DNA of 42,949 nucleotides from an uncultured Muribaculaceae bacterium (GTDB lineage: Bacteria; Bacillota_I; Bacilli_A; RF39; UBA660), in NCBI GenBank assembly GCA_964565085.1, contig CAZMCS010000002.1, positions 1 to 42,949 of the forward strand, given 5' to 3'. Position 1 is the first letter of the stretch. Each line of letters begins with the position of its first letter. The notes under the pieces are model-generated. The model was not told the DNA's origin. It worked only from the letters and a program-made list of their open reading frames with translations, and did not search any database. A program made the position numbers and the translations under genes. Of this stretch, positions 16,571-25,689 are shown piece after piece.

Positions 16571-17284
16571 ATGAAAGCGTTAGTTCCATTTGGTTTTGAC
16601 TACGCAAGAGCTATAGAAGGATTAGTCACCCCAACTAGTGATATAGACGATTTTTATGAAAACACAAATGAGTATAGTCTTGTATTATTTACGGGTGGGC
16701 CTGATATCTCTCCGCATCTTTATGGCGAAACTAGCCCGAAGGGTTATTGTTTTGTAGATGATGCCAGGGATAGTGCCGAAATATCCATCTTCAAACATGC
16801 TGTAAAAAATAACGTAAAGATGGCTGGTATATGCCGTGGTTTACAACTACTGACAGTGATGTGTTGCGGTAGATTACTTCATCATTTAGATGGACATTCA
16901 AGAATGACTACCCATTCGTTTAAATGTTCAAACACCAATAACAATATTCAAGTTAACTCACTGCATCATCAAATGTGTATACCTCCTAAAGATGGATATA
17001 TCGTAGGTTGGTGCGGAACTAGAGAATCAGACAGGTATATCGGTGATGGTGACAAAGAAGTTGTATGGACTGGTCCGGAAGTGGAAGCGCTAGCCATGCC
17101 ATACAAGCAGTGTGTTGGTGTTCAATATCATCCAGAAATGATGAGTAAAACTACAGCAGGATATAAATGGTTTTACTTTTTTATACATGACTTTTTGTTC
17201 ACCTCTAGAAAATCTTTTATGTCTATTTATGTTAAAGGAAACAAGTACAATGTTCTCACCAAATCAAGCAGCACTCAGTCTTAA
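16571..17284 (+). CDS. class I glutamine amidotransferase / peptidase C26 paralogue
   Basis: TGGPDISP, AGICRGLQLL, LHHQ, and VQYHPE. Confidence 0.75.
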   Translation: MKALVPFGFDYARAIEGLVTPTSDIDDFYENTNEYSLVLFTGGPDISPHLYGETSPKGYCFVDDARDSAEISIFKHAVKNNVKMAGICRGLQLLTVMCCGRLLHHLDGHSRMTTHSFKCSNTNNNIQVNSLHHQMCIPPKDGYIVGWCGTRESDRYIGDGDKEVVWTGPEVEALAMPYKQCVGVQYHPEMMSKTTAGYKWFYFFIHDFLFTSRKSFMSIYVKGNKYNVLTKSSSTQS

Positions 17285-17735
17285 TAAAAAAACAGTCTAC
17301 GGTGTAGTAATTCTACCTGATGAAAGAGTGTTACTAAAAAGATCATTGTTTGAAACAAGCACAGGAATTGCTACAGGTTTATGGCACACAACAGTGTGTA
17401 AACAAACAACTAGCAATTCAACCGCTGTTGATTCTCTGAAAAAAGCTTTGTTTGCAGAGCTTAGTTTGAAAATTGATTCTCAGGATCTTATAATAACTAA
17501 TATAGCATCCAAAAATTTTGAGAGTTACATAGGAGAAATAATATTATATACTGTCAGATTTACTAGATCTGTTAGAATAAAAGTAAGTTACAGGACGCAA
17601 CTTATGGCCATGAAACCAAATTTATTAATGTGGGAAATAATAAACAATCAACCTAATTACATGTCGGATTCCGTAGCTGCTATGGAATTAGCAAGATCTA
17701 ACTGGGGGAAAACATTCTATGTCATGTCACGATGA
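17250..17735 (+). CDS. hypothetical protein
   Basis: The ATG at 17250 follows AAAGGAA. No complete Nudix box despite a superficially similar start. Confidence 0.45.
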   Translation: MFSPNQAALSLNKKTVYGVVILPDERVLLKRSLFETSTGIATGLWHTTVCKQTTSNSTAVDSLKKALFAELSLKIDSQDLIITNIASKNFESYIGEIILYTVRFTRSVRIKVSYRTQLMAMKPNLLMWEIINNQPNYMSDSVAAMELARSNWGKTFYVMSR

Positions 17736-18240
17736 TTTCTCTAAATTGTATGGTTCTGAAGTATACGTAGTAACCAAGGAAAGCACGTCCATAGTTGCTA
17801 AAGCTAGTGTTATAGAATTCGTACATTCATTTACAGATGTTATGGATATATTAAAAAACTTCGATCCAGTACGGGACGATAACGTAAAAGTATATCATGG
17901 TATATTAGCTCCTGCTAATGTGCTACCCGAAGAATTACATAACACAAATGTTTTTATGATAACTTTTAACCCATATAGTAGCAAAAATGAAGGAGTAGTG
18001 TTGCCTGCTACAGAAGAATGTGATGTGGAGGATTTGGCAGACGATATAGAAAATTTAGTAACAAGCGGTTCTGAAGTTACTCATGCAACCAAAATGGAAA
18101 GTACGTATCTACTGTATGGATATGAACTAGATGTGTGTCTTGGTATTAATGAAGAAAACATAGATGAAAAAATTATAAACACTTGTTCTGAAATTGTAGA
18201 TGAGGTACGGCTTACTATTGAGGCTACTAAAATAAGATAA
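17719..18240 (+). CDS. hypothetical acidic protein
   Basis: 173-aa ORF overlapping the upstream stop. Confidence 0.55.
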   Translation: MSCHDDFSKLYGSEVYVVTKESTSIVAKASVIEFVHSFTDVMDILKNFDPVRDDNVKVYHGILAPANVLPEELHNTNVFMITFNPYSSKNEGVVLPATEECDVEDLADDIENLVTSGSEVTHATKMESTYLLYGYELDVCLGINEENIDEKIINTCSEIVDEVRLTIEATKIR

Positions 18241-18287
18241 ATTAGAATATGTGATATTAAACATAAATATCTGTGAAAGGTGTTGTA

Positions 18288-18656
18288 ATGAGCAATAAGA
18301 AAAAAACTATTGAACTAGATCTTTGTATAGATGACAATGACATAAAATACAAAGGTCGTCTGTTAGGAATAGCCACTGATAAAGAATTTGCAGCATTACT
18401 TGGTAATAAGGAATTACAAAGTAAGGTTTATACATCAGGAACTGTTCCATTGTTAGACATAGCTGACGCAACAAATATAAATGGAGCTAGACTAGCAATG
18501 GCGGTAAAAGAGATAGATGGAGTTCCAGTAACATCTAGACATATATTTGTTTCAGATAAGGTAGACAGTATAGGTTTTGTACAAGGAAGTCAAATGGGTA
18601 TTGTTACTAGATCTAAATACTGGCTTTTGGTAGTAGAAACGGACGGAGGAATATAA
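18288..18656 (+). CDS. hypothetical protein
   Basis: The ATG at 18288 follows AAAGGTG. The track's GTG at 18273 is possible. Confidence 0.5.
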   Translation: MSNKKKTIELDLCIDDNDIKYKGRLLGIATDKEFAALLGNKELQSKVYTSGTVPLLDIADATNINGARLAMAVKEIDGVPVTSRHIFVSDKVDSIGFVQGSQMGIVTRSKYWLLVVETDGGI

Positions 18657-19420
18657 TGAACATAAATAATGTTGGAGAACTACAATCGACTTTGTTACCA
18701 TCTGGTACTCAGTTCGTGGTTATGGATAATACAGAGGGGTCTTATTTTACTTCCGGAACTACTGGATTTATAATTGCTTCGAGACCATGGATTCATGATG
18801 ACTACATTCCATGCGCAATACTAGACACAATTATAGTGAAAAAAGGTAAAACCGGGAGAGCAAGACTCGATTTTAATAATATAATCACACCAACGTATAC
18901 AATAGTGGATACCTCTTGCAAGCATTGGAAAATAATGCAACATCGTCTACCCGTGCATGAAAAGTTTTATACTGACTCGGTAAAACCATTTAACGAGTAC
19001 ACAGATATGTTTAATCTTAGGCCAGTAGAATTTCTAGGATGGTGCAGTGCCTATGCTCAGTATATTTTGAATTTATCCCAGTATGCAACACACCAAGTTA
19101 TATGGCCAGAAGATAAAACAGACGGTCTGAACATAGCTATACGTATTAAGGATATTTGGGATTCAGCTCCAGAACTAGCACTGGATAAATATACTACACA
19201 TGAAATGAGAGAGCGAATAGTAGTAGCAATTCGAGAAAAAGAAACCGAACTAGTAAAATGTAGTAAAATTAATAAACTCAAAACTGATCAACACAAGATA
19301 TTTGTTTTGAGGTATATAGCAAGCCACAAATTAACCAGTTCAGTAGTTGAGGTAGAAACTGAAGTAGGTAGATGGATACAATCAATGTCAAATATTAACA
19401 AAGCTAAACATACATTATAG
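18656..19420 (+). CDS. hypothetical protein
   Basis: GACGGAGGA SD. ATGA-type overlap with the upstream stop. Confidence 0.6.
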   Translation: MNINNVGELQSTLLPSGTQFVVMDNTEGSYFTSGTTGFIIASRPWIHDDYIPCAILDTIIVKKGKTGRARLDFNNIITPTYTIVDTSCKHWKIMQHRLPVHEKFYTDSVKPFNEYTDMFNLRPVEFLGWCSAYAQYILNLSQYATHQVIWPEDKTDGLNIAIRIKDIWDSAPELALDKYTTHEMRERIVVAIREKETELVKCSKINKLKTDQHKIFVLRYIASHKLTSSVVEVETEVGRWIQSMSNINKAKHTL

Positions 19421-19477
19421 TAATAATTAGCATCCATCATATTATGGAACACCAAATATAACAACGGAGTAGCAAAT

Positions 19478-20368
19478 ATGTTAATTACTGGGTCAAAAGT
19501 AATAGTCATAGAGAGCTCATTAAAAAAGGTAATAGGTCCTCGTGCTGGTAGTATGGGTTACGTTATTAAATCTACTTCATTTAACATAAGCAGCGATCGT
19601 GATATAATGTATTATACTTGTGATATCTTATTTACAAGATATGGATTTGAAGAAAGTAAAAGACATGAAATGAAAAGAGTTACGAATGTTTTACCGTTTC
19701 CACATTACTCTAGCCAAAATTATGTTAGAGAACTAATAAAAAAAGTCAAAGAAGTCGTATCATCCAAAAATAAAAATAAGTCTATGTTTAATGGTAGTGA
19801 GTATACTAGTGCTGATGTAATAGCAATTCCAATATTAAACCATAAAACAAATTTACTAAAATGTGAGTTTGAAGAATTCCATGCGTGGTTAGATAGTTAT
19901 CTACGATCTCCATTATTTATAGAAGTATTAACTAAGTTAATGGAAAAGAATTTCGTAGGTAATTCCTTTCCATTACAAATAAATCCTACGCTCGTAGAAT
20001 TCTTCATGAATTGCATATTGAAACGTGCATATAAAAATGTATTTCTGAAACAGAACACGTCCAACAGAGACTTTGTAAATGAAAAAAATGCTATAATCAA
20101 AAGAGAGGACATAATAACTGCAATAAAGATTCTTCAATCAAACTGGATGCGCTCGTATCTAGAAAATCTTATGGTCGAAATAGAAAATCAGACGAATCTA
20201 CTTACTCTCTTGAGAGACTATGTATTGCCGAATATTCACATTGATGATGTTTTAAAATTAAAAACATACATACCCAATACGATGTTTAACAACACATTAA
20301 AAGCAACCAATCAAGTTCTTGCAGAATTAACTACTATTGCTGATAATATGGCTAATAAGGAGAAATAA
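19478..20368 (+). CDS. hypothetical protein
   Basis: ACGGAG SD. 296-aa ORF. Confidence 0.6.
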   Translation: MLITGSKVIVIESSLKKVIGPRAGSMGYVIKSTSFNISSDRDIMYYTCDILFTRYGFEESKRHEMKRVTNVLPFPHYSSQNYVRELIKKVKEVVSSKNKNKSMFNGSEYTSADVIAIPILNHKTNLLKCEFEEFHAWLDSYLRSPLFIEVLTKLMEKNFVGNSFPLQINPTLVEFFMNCILKRAYKNVFLKQNTSNRDFVNEKNAIIKREDIITAIKILQSNWMRSYLENLMVEIENQTNLLTLLRDYVLPNIHIDDVLKLKTYIPNTMFNNTLKATNQVLAELTTIADNMANKEK

Positions 20369-20412
20369 TAATAGGTATTTAACTAAACTTCAAACTATCT
20401 AAAGGAGGCAGT

Positions 20413-23400
20413 ATGAACGAATTAAGTAAGGTAGAGTTTCTAGAGCAACATATATCTAAACAATTCAACTCAAGAGCAATAGTGGAGGCCAACAAACAGG
20501 GACTTGATTATGGCATAACCTTACAGATAGAAAAAAAGGACAATACTTTGTGGGTAACTTTTTCTAAAAAGAAAGAGTGTCATGGTTTTTACATACCATT
20601 ACCATATGTTGATAAAGGAATAATATTAATAGAAAACAATGAAGTAAAAAGAGCAGTATGTAAATATTGGTTAGAAGAGCAACAATTGATGTATGATTAT
20701 ATGGATGTAATACATCAAGTTGTTTGTGGTGATCCTACCGGATTAGTTCCTAACTACTTCATTAAGAAAATAATCTTTATGCAGCAAATAGTGTATTCAT
20801 TTGAGAACAAAAACACAGCTACCGTAATATACAACTTACAAAGAGCTATAAATGATGTAGTAAACAAACTACCACTACATAGTACTTATATGAACAGTCT
20901 AGTAATGAATAACCGTATCGTAGTTATAGACCCATCTTTCGATTCTATACAAGACCCGGAAACTAGGCTTAAATATCATATTGAAAAATCCAAAAAATAT
21001 TTTGACAGAGGGTGGACACCGATTGGTTTGTCAGATGGTAGTTTATCTGACAAAAACTATACATTGGCCTATGACCTGAAAAAATTTACTCCATTTGGCG
21101 GAAGGTTTCATAACCCTCAAAGAAATTTGTACAGTACTTTAAGTATGAAAGGTGCTGAATTACCATTAGTACGTTCTAGTTCAATGGAGAAAATGCATGA
21201 AATTGGCATAACTAGAACAGGATGGAATTTAATAACTTTATTTGCAGATATTCCGGATGTATGGGAAGATCAAATAGTAGTAAGTAGAAGTGCGGCAGAT
21301 AAAATGGCTGTGACATATGAACGGAGGATTCAATGCCATGGTTCGATGCGTGTAAAAGAAGGCTTTTTACTTAAATACGGACAAGCTTTATCCGTATCAC
21401 CCGATGGAAGAATCAAACGATTTGATATATTATGCGACAAAGCATGGGTATGTAAAATAGCAGAGTCTACTATAAGTGTAGGTGGAGTACCTACCAAAGT
21501 ACATAATATAATAGTAAAGTTTATTCGCAAGCTTAAGGATGGCGTAAAAATAACCAATACTGCTGCTAATAAAGGAGTAGTAAAAATAGTAGACAACCTC
21601 GGACAGGCTATAGATCCAAGAACAGGAGAGACTAGGGAACTTGAAGTTATAGTCGGATGTCAGGCAGTAAGAAAGAGAAAAAACTATACTCAAATTCTTG
21701 AGGCGCTAATAAACAATGTAACAGATGAAAAAGGAGTAGTGGTACCTGATTACTATTGTCCCACAATAGAACAGATAGAAAAACAACTTGAAGAAAAAGG
21801 TTTTCCTGCTGATGGTACTTGGCAGTGTTGTACAAATGTTGGGAATTTGACCGGAATATGCGGTAAAGTATTCTGGGGCGTAACACATGACGTAGAAGAT
21901 ATGTTGTGGCAAGAAGAAGACGTGACAAGGACGAACACAAGGAATCTTAGAACAGCTGGGCTTAAATTTTCCACAGTAGAGATTAGGGCACTCGAAACTA
22001 GATTTGGAAAAGACAATTCAATAATTGACGAATTAATGTCTTATTCCCAGGGCAGCAGCCAGTTACATGAACAATTAAAAATACTGAGATCTAAAAAAGG
22101 CGAAATACCTCCAGATACCAAAACTATAGATTTTAGAAACATAAAACCAGTAGATCAGTCAAATGGAACTATAGTTAGCAAATCCGCTATAGAAGGAACA
22201 ATAGCAGATGAAACTTTATATCCATATAGTTTTATGTTAAACCTTCCTATAACATATCAAATAATAGTAGATGTAAATGATAAAGTAATATCGGAAGGAT
22301 ACGTACAAGTACCACTAAATGATCCAAGCAGACCAATAAAGTATATAGTACAACTGGATAAAATCTATGTACCATCAATGGAACTAAGAGAATGCTGGAG
22401 GCACGAAACAGGTAAATACGGTTTGAGTGAAATAAGCGCACTGCTGAATAACATTATTGCAGTATCACATAGACTAGACAATGATCCAGAATCTAGTGCA
22501 CATATACAAGTTCTACACAAGGTAGTCTACAATTATTTTAACACTGTAGCATGTAGACTTGGTTCGAAACGCGGAGAAATAAGTCAGTATGGTATGTCTA
22601 TAAGATATCCGTTTTCTGCAAAAGCAGTAGCAACTCTGAATAACAGGTTGCCTAAGAACACCATAGAAATACACAAAGACATGGCAGAATTATTAGACGT
22701 GCAAAACGGAGATGTTGTGTTAGCAGAAAGATTTCCATGTATGGGGTTCATGAGCCTAAGACCGCAAAAAGTGCGTGTAACTTCAGATGAAAACTGTAAG
22801 TTTACTATAAGAGTAAGCGGTAACTCACTAGGTTCTATGACTTTGGACTTTGATGGTGACGTATTATTCTTAGCTTCATTTCATACACAAGCAGCGAAAA
22901 AATTGTTACACGGAGAGTGGACAAACCCAAACAAACCATGTTATAGCGCTATTTTAGAATTAAATTCAAAAATGGGGAAACCACACATCAAGGAATTATC
23001 TCTACAAGACTACAAAATACAACCATTTGATTTATTAACTGTAAATACACATGCCGAAATAGTAGACAAAGCTGTCGGAGTAAAGAGTCATACAGGACCA
23101 GTTATAGCATTTGCATACAATATTATGAGAATCATGGAAAATTCTAAAATTGCAAATAATCAAAAGGCGAATTGTGCAGTAGAAATATTCTTGGACAAGG
23201 TAGGTAATTCTATATTCAAACAAAAACACGGAGTAAAAGCTCTACACTCCATCTGTATAGATGCTATTTGTACAGGTGATATAGATACATTGGTAGCTGA
23301 AGGATTCAAACGCGGTACATCTACAATAATATGTGATACTATCAAAGAGAAAGCTAGAGAATTGGGTGTGGACAACTTAGTACAGTATCATGAGTATATT

Positions 23401-23703
23401 CGCAGAACAGGCAGTAGCAACATCATAAGCAGAATAGTAAGATCTATGAACAAAGTATATTATGCTAGTAGATCTACATACGAAGGCATTGAATTATTAA
23501 GTGCACTTCAACAACCCGTAGTAGACATACCAAGTAAGTTACTAGCATGGTCATTATCAGGAAAGGCAGAGTCCATTAAAACCCCGTTTGATGCTAAATT
23601 AAACGAGACTCTATTACAAACAATATCTACTAAAAATGTAAGAAAGATGGGTAGAATAATGTTAGATTTTTTAGACGATACACTATTGCATAAATCAAAT
23701 TAA
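20413..23703 (+). CDS. single-polypeptide two-double-psi-beta-barrel RNA polymerase (YonO-like homologue of multisubunit RNAP beta/beta')
   Basis: Beta-type barrel signature TAANKGVVKIV (NKGVV at 21568-21582; compare bacterial beta GNKGV). Beta'-type block AERFPCMGFMSLRPQKVRV....MTLDFDGDVLF with the metal-binding DFDGD at 22846-22860. Both lie in one 1096-aa chain. Strong AAAGGAGG SD. Confidence 0.7.
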   Translation: MNELSKVEFLEQHISKQFNSRAIVEANKQGLDYGITLQIEKKDNTLWVTFSKKKECHGFYIPLPYVDKGIILIENNEVKRAVCKYWLEEQQLMYDYMDVIHQVVCGDPTGLVPNYFIKKIIFMQQIVYSFENKNTATVIYNLQRAINDVVNKLPLHSTYMNSLVMNNRIVVIDPSFDSIQDPETRLKYHIEKSKKYFDRGWTPIGLSDGSLSDKNYTLAYDLKKFTPFGGRFHNPQRNLYSTLSMKGAELPLVRSSSMEKMHEIGITRTGWNLITLFADIPDVWEDQIVVSRSAADKMAVTYERRIQCHGSMRVKEGFLLKYGQALSVSPDGRIKRFDILCDKAWVCKIAESTISVGGVPTKVHNIIVKFIRKLKDGVKITNTAANKGVVKIVDNLGQAIDPRTGETRELEVIVGCQAVRKRKNYTQILEALINNVTDEKGVVVPDYYCPTIEQIEKQLEEKGFPADGTWQCCTNVGNLTGICGKVFWGVTHDVEDMLWQEEDVTRTNTRNLRTAGLKFSTVEIRALETRFGKDNSIIDELMSYSQGSSQLHEQLKILRSKKGEIPPDTKTIDFRNIKPVDQSNGTIVSKSAIEGTIADETLYPYSFMLNLPITYQIIVDVNDKVISEGYVQVPLNDPSRPIKYIVQLDKIYVPSMELRECWRHETGKYGLSEISALLNNIIAVSHRLDNDPESSAHIQVLHKVVYNYFNTVACRLGSKRGEISQYGMSIRYPFSAKAVATLNNRLPKNTIEIHKDMAELLDVQNGDVVLAERFPCMGFMSLRPQKVRVTSDENCKFTIRVSGNSLGSMTLDFDGDVLFLASFHTQAAKKLLHGEWTNPNKPCYSAILELNSKMGKPHIKELSLQDYKIQPFDLLTVNTHAEIVDKAVGVKSHTGPVIAFAYNIMRIMENSKIANNQKANCAVEIFLDKVGNSIFKQKHGVKALHSICIDAICTGDIDTLVAEGFKRGTSTIICDTIKEKARELGVDNLVQYHEYIRRTGSSNIISRIVRSMNKVYYASRSTYEGIELLSALQQPVVDIPSKLLAWSLSGKAESIKTPFDAKLNETLLQTISTKNVRKMGRIMLDFLDDTLLHKSN

Positions 23704-23748
23704 TACAGTGATGGGGTGGTCTTACTATGGAGGGTAAAATATCTGAAC

Positions 23749-24204
23749 ATGGCAATTAAAATAGGTCAAGTTGTTAGATTCAATGAGCATGCAGAACTTA
23801 TTATACCAGTACACGCTGGATTAATGGCGATAGTTGTAACGATGAAAGAAGTGTTGGATTCAGATTATGGTACACCCCATATAAAAATCGGAGTATCGGT
23901 AGACAAACCTATTATGCATTTTTGTAGTTTAGGTGGAATAGTACCTAAACGCACCGGACTTTGGATACCTGAAGATGTTTTATATTCTTCTGTAGAAGTA
24001 CTACAGCCATATATCCTAGATGGTACTACATTTAAGAGCAAAGATCTTGGTGGTTTTAAGTGTAGAATTATGGGAGCAATAGGAAAATCTGATTATATAA
24101 TAGAGGTTGATAGTAACGTAGGTGGTAATAGCGCAGACGGAAGAGGCAAAAATGGCAATTGCATAATAATTCCCAAAACACAATTGGAATATAAGTTGTC
24201 ATAG
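23749..24204 (+). CDS. hypothetical protein
   Basis: The ATG at 23749 lies downstream of GGAGGG. No motif recognised. Confidence 0.5.
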   Translation: MAIKIGQVVRFNEHAELIIPVHAGLMAIVVTMKEVLDSDYGTPHIKIGVSVDKPIMHFCSLGGIVPKRTGLWIPEDVLYSSVEVLQPYILDGTTFKSKDLGGFKCRIMGAIGKSDYIIEVDSNVGGNSADGRGKNGNCIIIPKTQLEYKLS

Positions 24205-24285
24205 GAATCAAACAAGACATGATTGTAAAATTTTAATTCAATAATAATCATAAAACCTTAAACAAGAGTAAAGGAGAAAACAATT

Positions 24286-24669
24286 ATGGATAATCAAATA
24301 AAACCATGGGTAGGACTAACCACGAACCAATGTGTAATACAAGGAAATTTGGTAGGAAACCCTCAGTACACCGATGACGGAACAGGAGGCGAAATAGCAT
24401 GGTTGCATTTAAGTACAATTGTGCGAGCACAAGACGCAACTGGAGCATGGGTTGACCACGAGCACATAGTACCAGTGGGTGTGGAAAATACAAACAAAAT
24501 AGCTGCCATTAAGCAGTATGTCCAGGAAGGACGGAAATTGCAGGTATTTGGTCATTTCAAAACCTGGGATTTCGGTAATCAAAGATTTTCTGGTATTTTG
24601 GGAAAACAAGTAGAATTCGGAGAAAAACCATATACACCTAAAGAGGGTCCCAATTTGCCTTCTATTTAA
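24286..24669 (+). CDS. ssb: single-stranded DNA-binding protein (OB fold)
   Basis: VIQGNLVGNPQY...GEIAWLHLST....IVPV......YVQEGRKLQVFGHFKTWDF follows the SSB OB-fold pattern. AAAGGAGAA SD. Confidence 0.6.
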   Translation: MDNQIKPWVGLTTNQCVIQGNLVGNPQYTDDGTGGEIAWLHLSTIVRAQDATGAWVDHEHIVPVGVENTNKIAAIKQYVQEGRKLQVFGHFKTWDFGNQRFSGILGKQVEFGEKPYTPKEGPNLPSI

Positions 24670-24688
24670 TAGGAAATATGAATAGTCA

Positions 24689-24714
24689 GAGGGGGTTAAA
24701 AACCCCCTATTTTG
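24689..24714 (+). terminator. Rho-independent terminator
   Basis: Perfect stem AGGGGGTT (24690-24697) / AACCCCCT (24701-24708), AAA loop, then ATTTTG. Confidence 0.8.
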
Positions 24715-24731
24715 ATAAGGAGGACTCATAT

Positions 24732-25157
24732 ATGGGGAGAATGGTACCACTCGGACAAACAACTGCACATAGTATTGTGGCTAGAACAATAGATACACCA
24801 CAGATAGTTGAAGATCGTATAGCTATTCTGGAGAACAGACTTAATGCTATGACACTAGCTTTTTATGAAACCAGGGCCGCATTAGCTGAAAAAGAACGTA
24901 GTCAGAACGCATATAGCATATTTCCACAGAAATTTAATAGAGACGGTATCCCAATGAACACCAGTTATATAGGAATGGTTAATGAAACACCACACATTTT
25001 AACTGTAAGCACAGATGGCAATTACTATATAGGAAATATACAGTATCCATCTTTATCTGCTGCTGCAGCTGCGGTCGGAGCTCCAGAGAGAAAAAGTGGT
25101 TGGAGATTTTGGAAAACAGCAGACGGGACGTCGTTGAAACAGCTATTCAGATCTTAA
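24732..25157 (+). CDS. hypothetical protein with a DUF4357-like C-terminal motif
   Basis: The ATG at 24732 follows AAGGAGG. The C-terminus PSLSAAAAAVGAPERKSGWRFWKTADGTSL resembles, from memory, the SPSaAA...NGW..WK motif. Confidence 0.5.
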   Translation: MGRMVPLGQTTAHSIVARTIDTPQIVEDRIAILENRLNAMTLAFYETRAALAEKERSQNAYSIFPQKFNRDGIPMNTSYIGMVNETPHILTVSTDGNYYIGNIQYPSLSAAAAAVGAPERKSGWRFWKTADGTSLKQLFRS

Positions 25158-25158
25158 C

Positions 25159-25689
25159 ATGTTAAGAAAAAACAGTAAAACTACCAGGCCATACAGCAAA
25201 TCAGAGTTCAAAAGCATTGTATGTTCTAACTGTAAGCTGTGTGACAACAATGTTAACCCAACATTTTGCTATTCATTATATAAAAGTAATCCACTCAAAT
25301 TCATGCATTATACATTTGTACAGTTATGCAAAGCTTACCAAACTGAGTTAGATGAGTTAAATTTGGAAATACAATGTAATAATAAAAAAGTTTCAACTAA
25401 TATTCACCATACTGATACTCCTAAAGCTGAATTATTGTTTAAAACTATATTTTGTAATGCAAACATTTGTGACAATGAGGTTGATAACAGCTCAGAATGT
25501 CCTCTGCTTATAGATTGCATGAACGAATTTATAAAACAAACATTAACATGTAATAAGTTTATGCGTAGCAAAGGAAATAGCAAATCCTATAAAAATAATA
25601 AATATATAGCTAAGGCGTACCCAACTTTTTTTTGTAGAACTGGTATAGAAAAAGAAATTAAAAATATTATTGGTGATAAAATATGTTGA
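25159..25689 (+). CDS. hypothetical Cys-rich protein
   Basis: 176-aa ORF with repeated C-x2-C / C-x-N-x-C spacing. Confidence 0.5.
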   Translation: MLRKNSKTTRPYSKSEFKSIVCSNCKLCDNNVNPTFCYSLYKSNPLKFMHYTFVQLCKAYQTELDELNLEIQCNNKKVSTNIHHTDTPKAELLFKTIFCNANICDNEVDNSSECPLLIDCMNEFIKQTLTCNKFMRSKGNSKSYKNNKYIAKAYPTFFCRTGIEKEIKNIIGDKIC

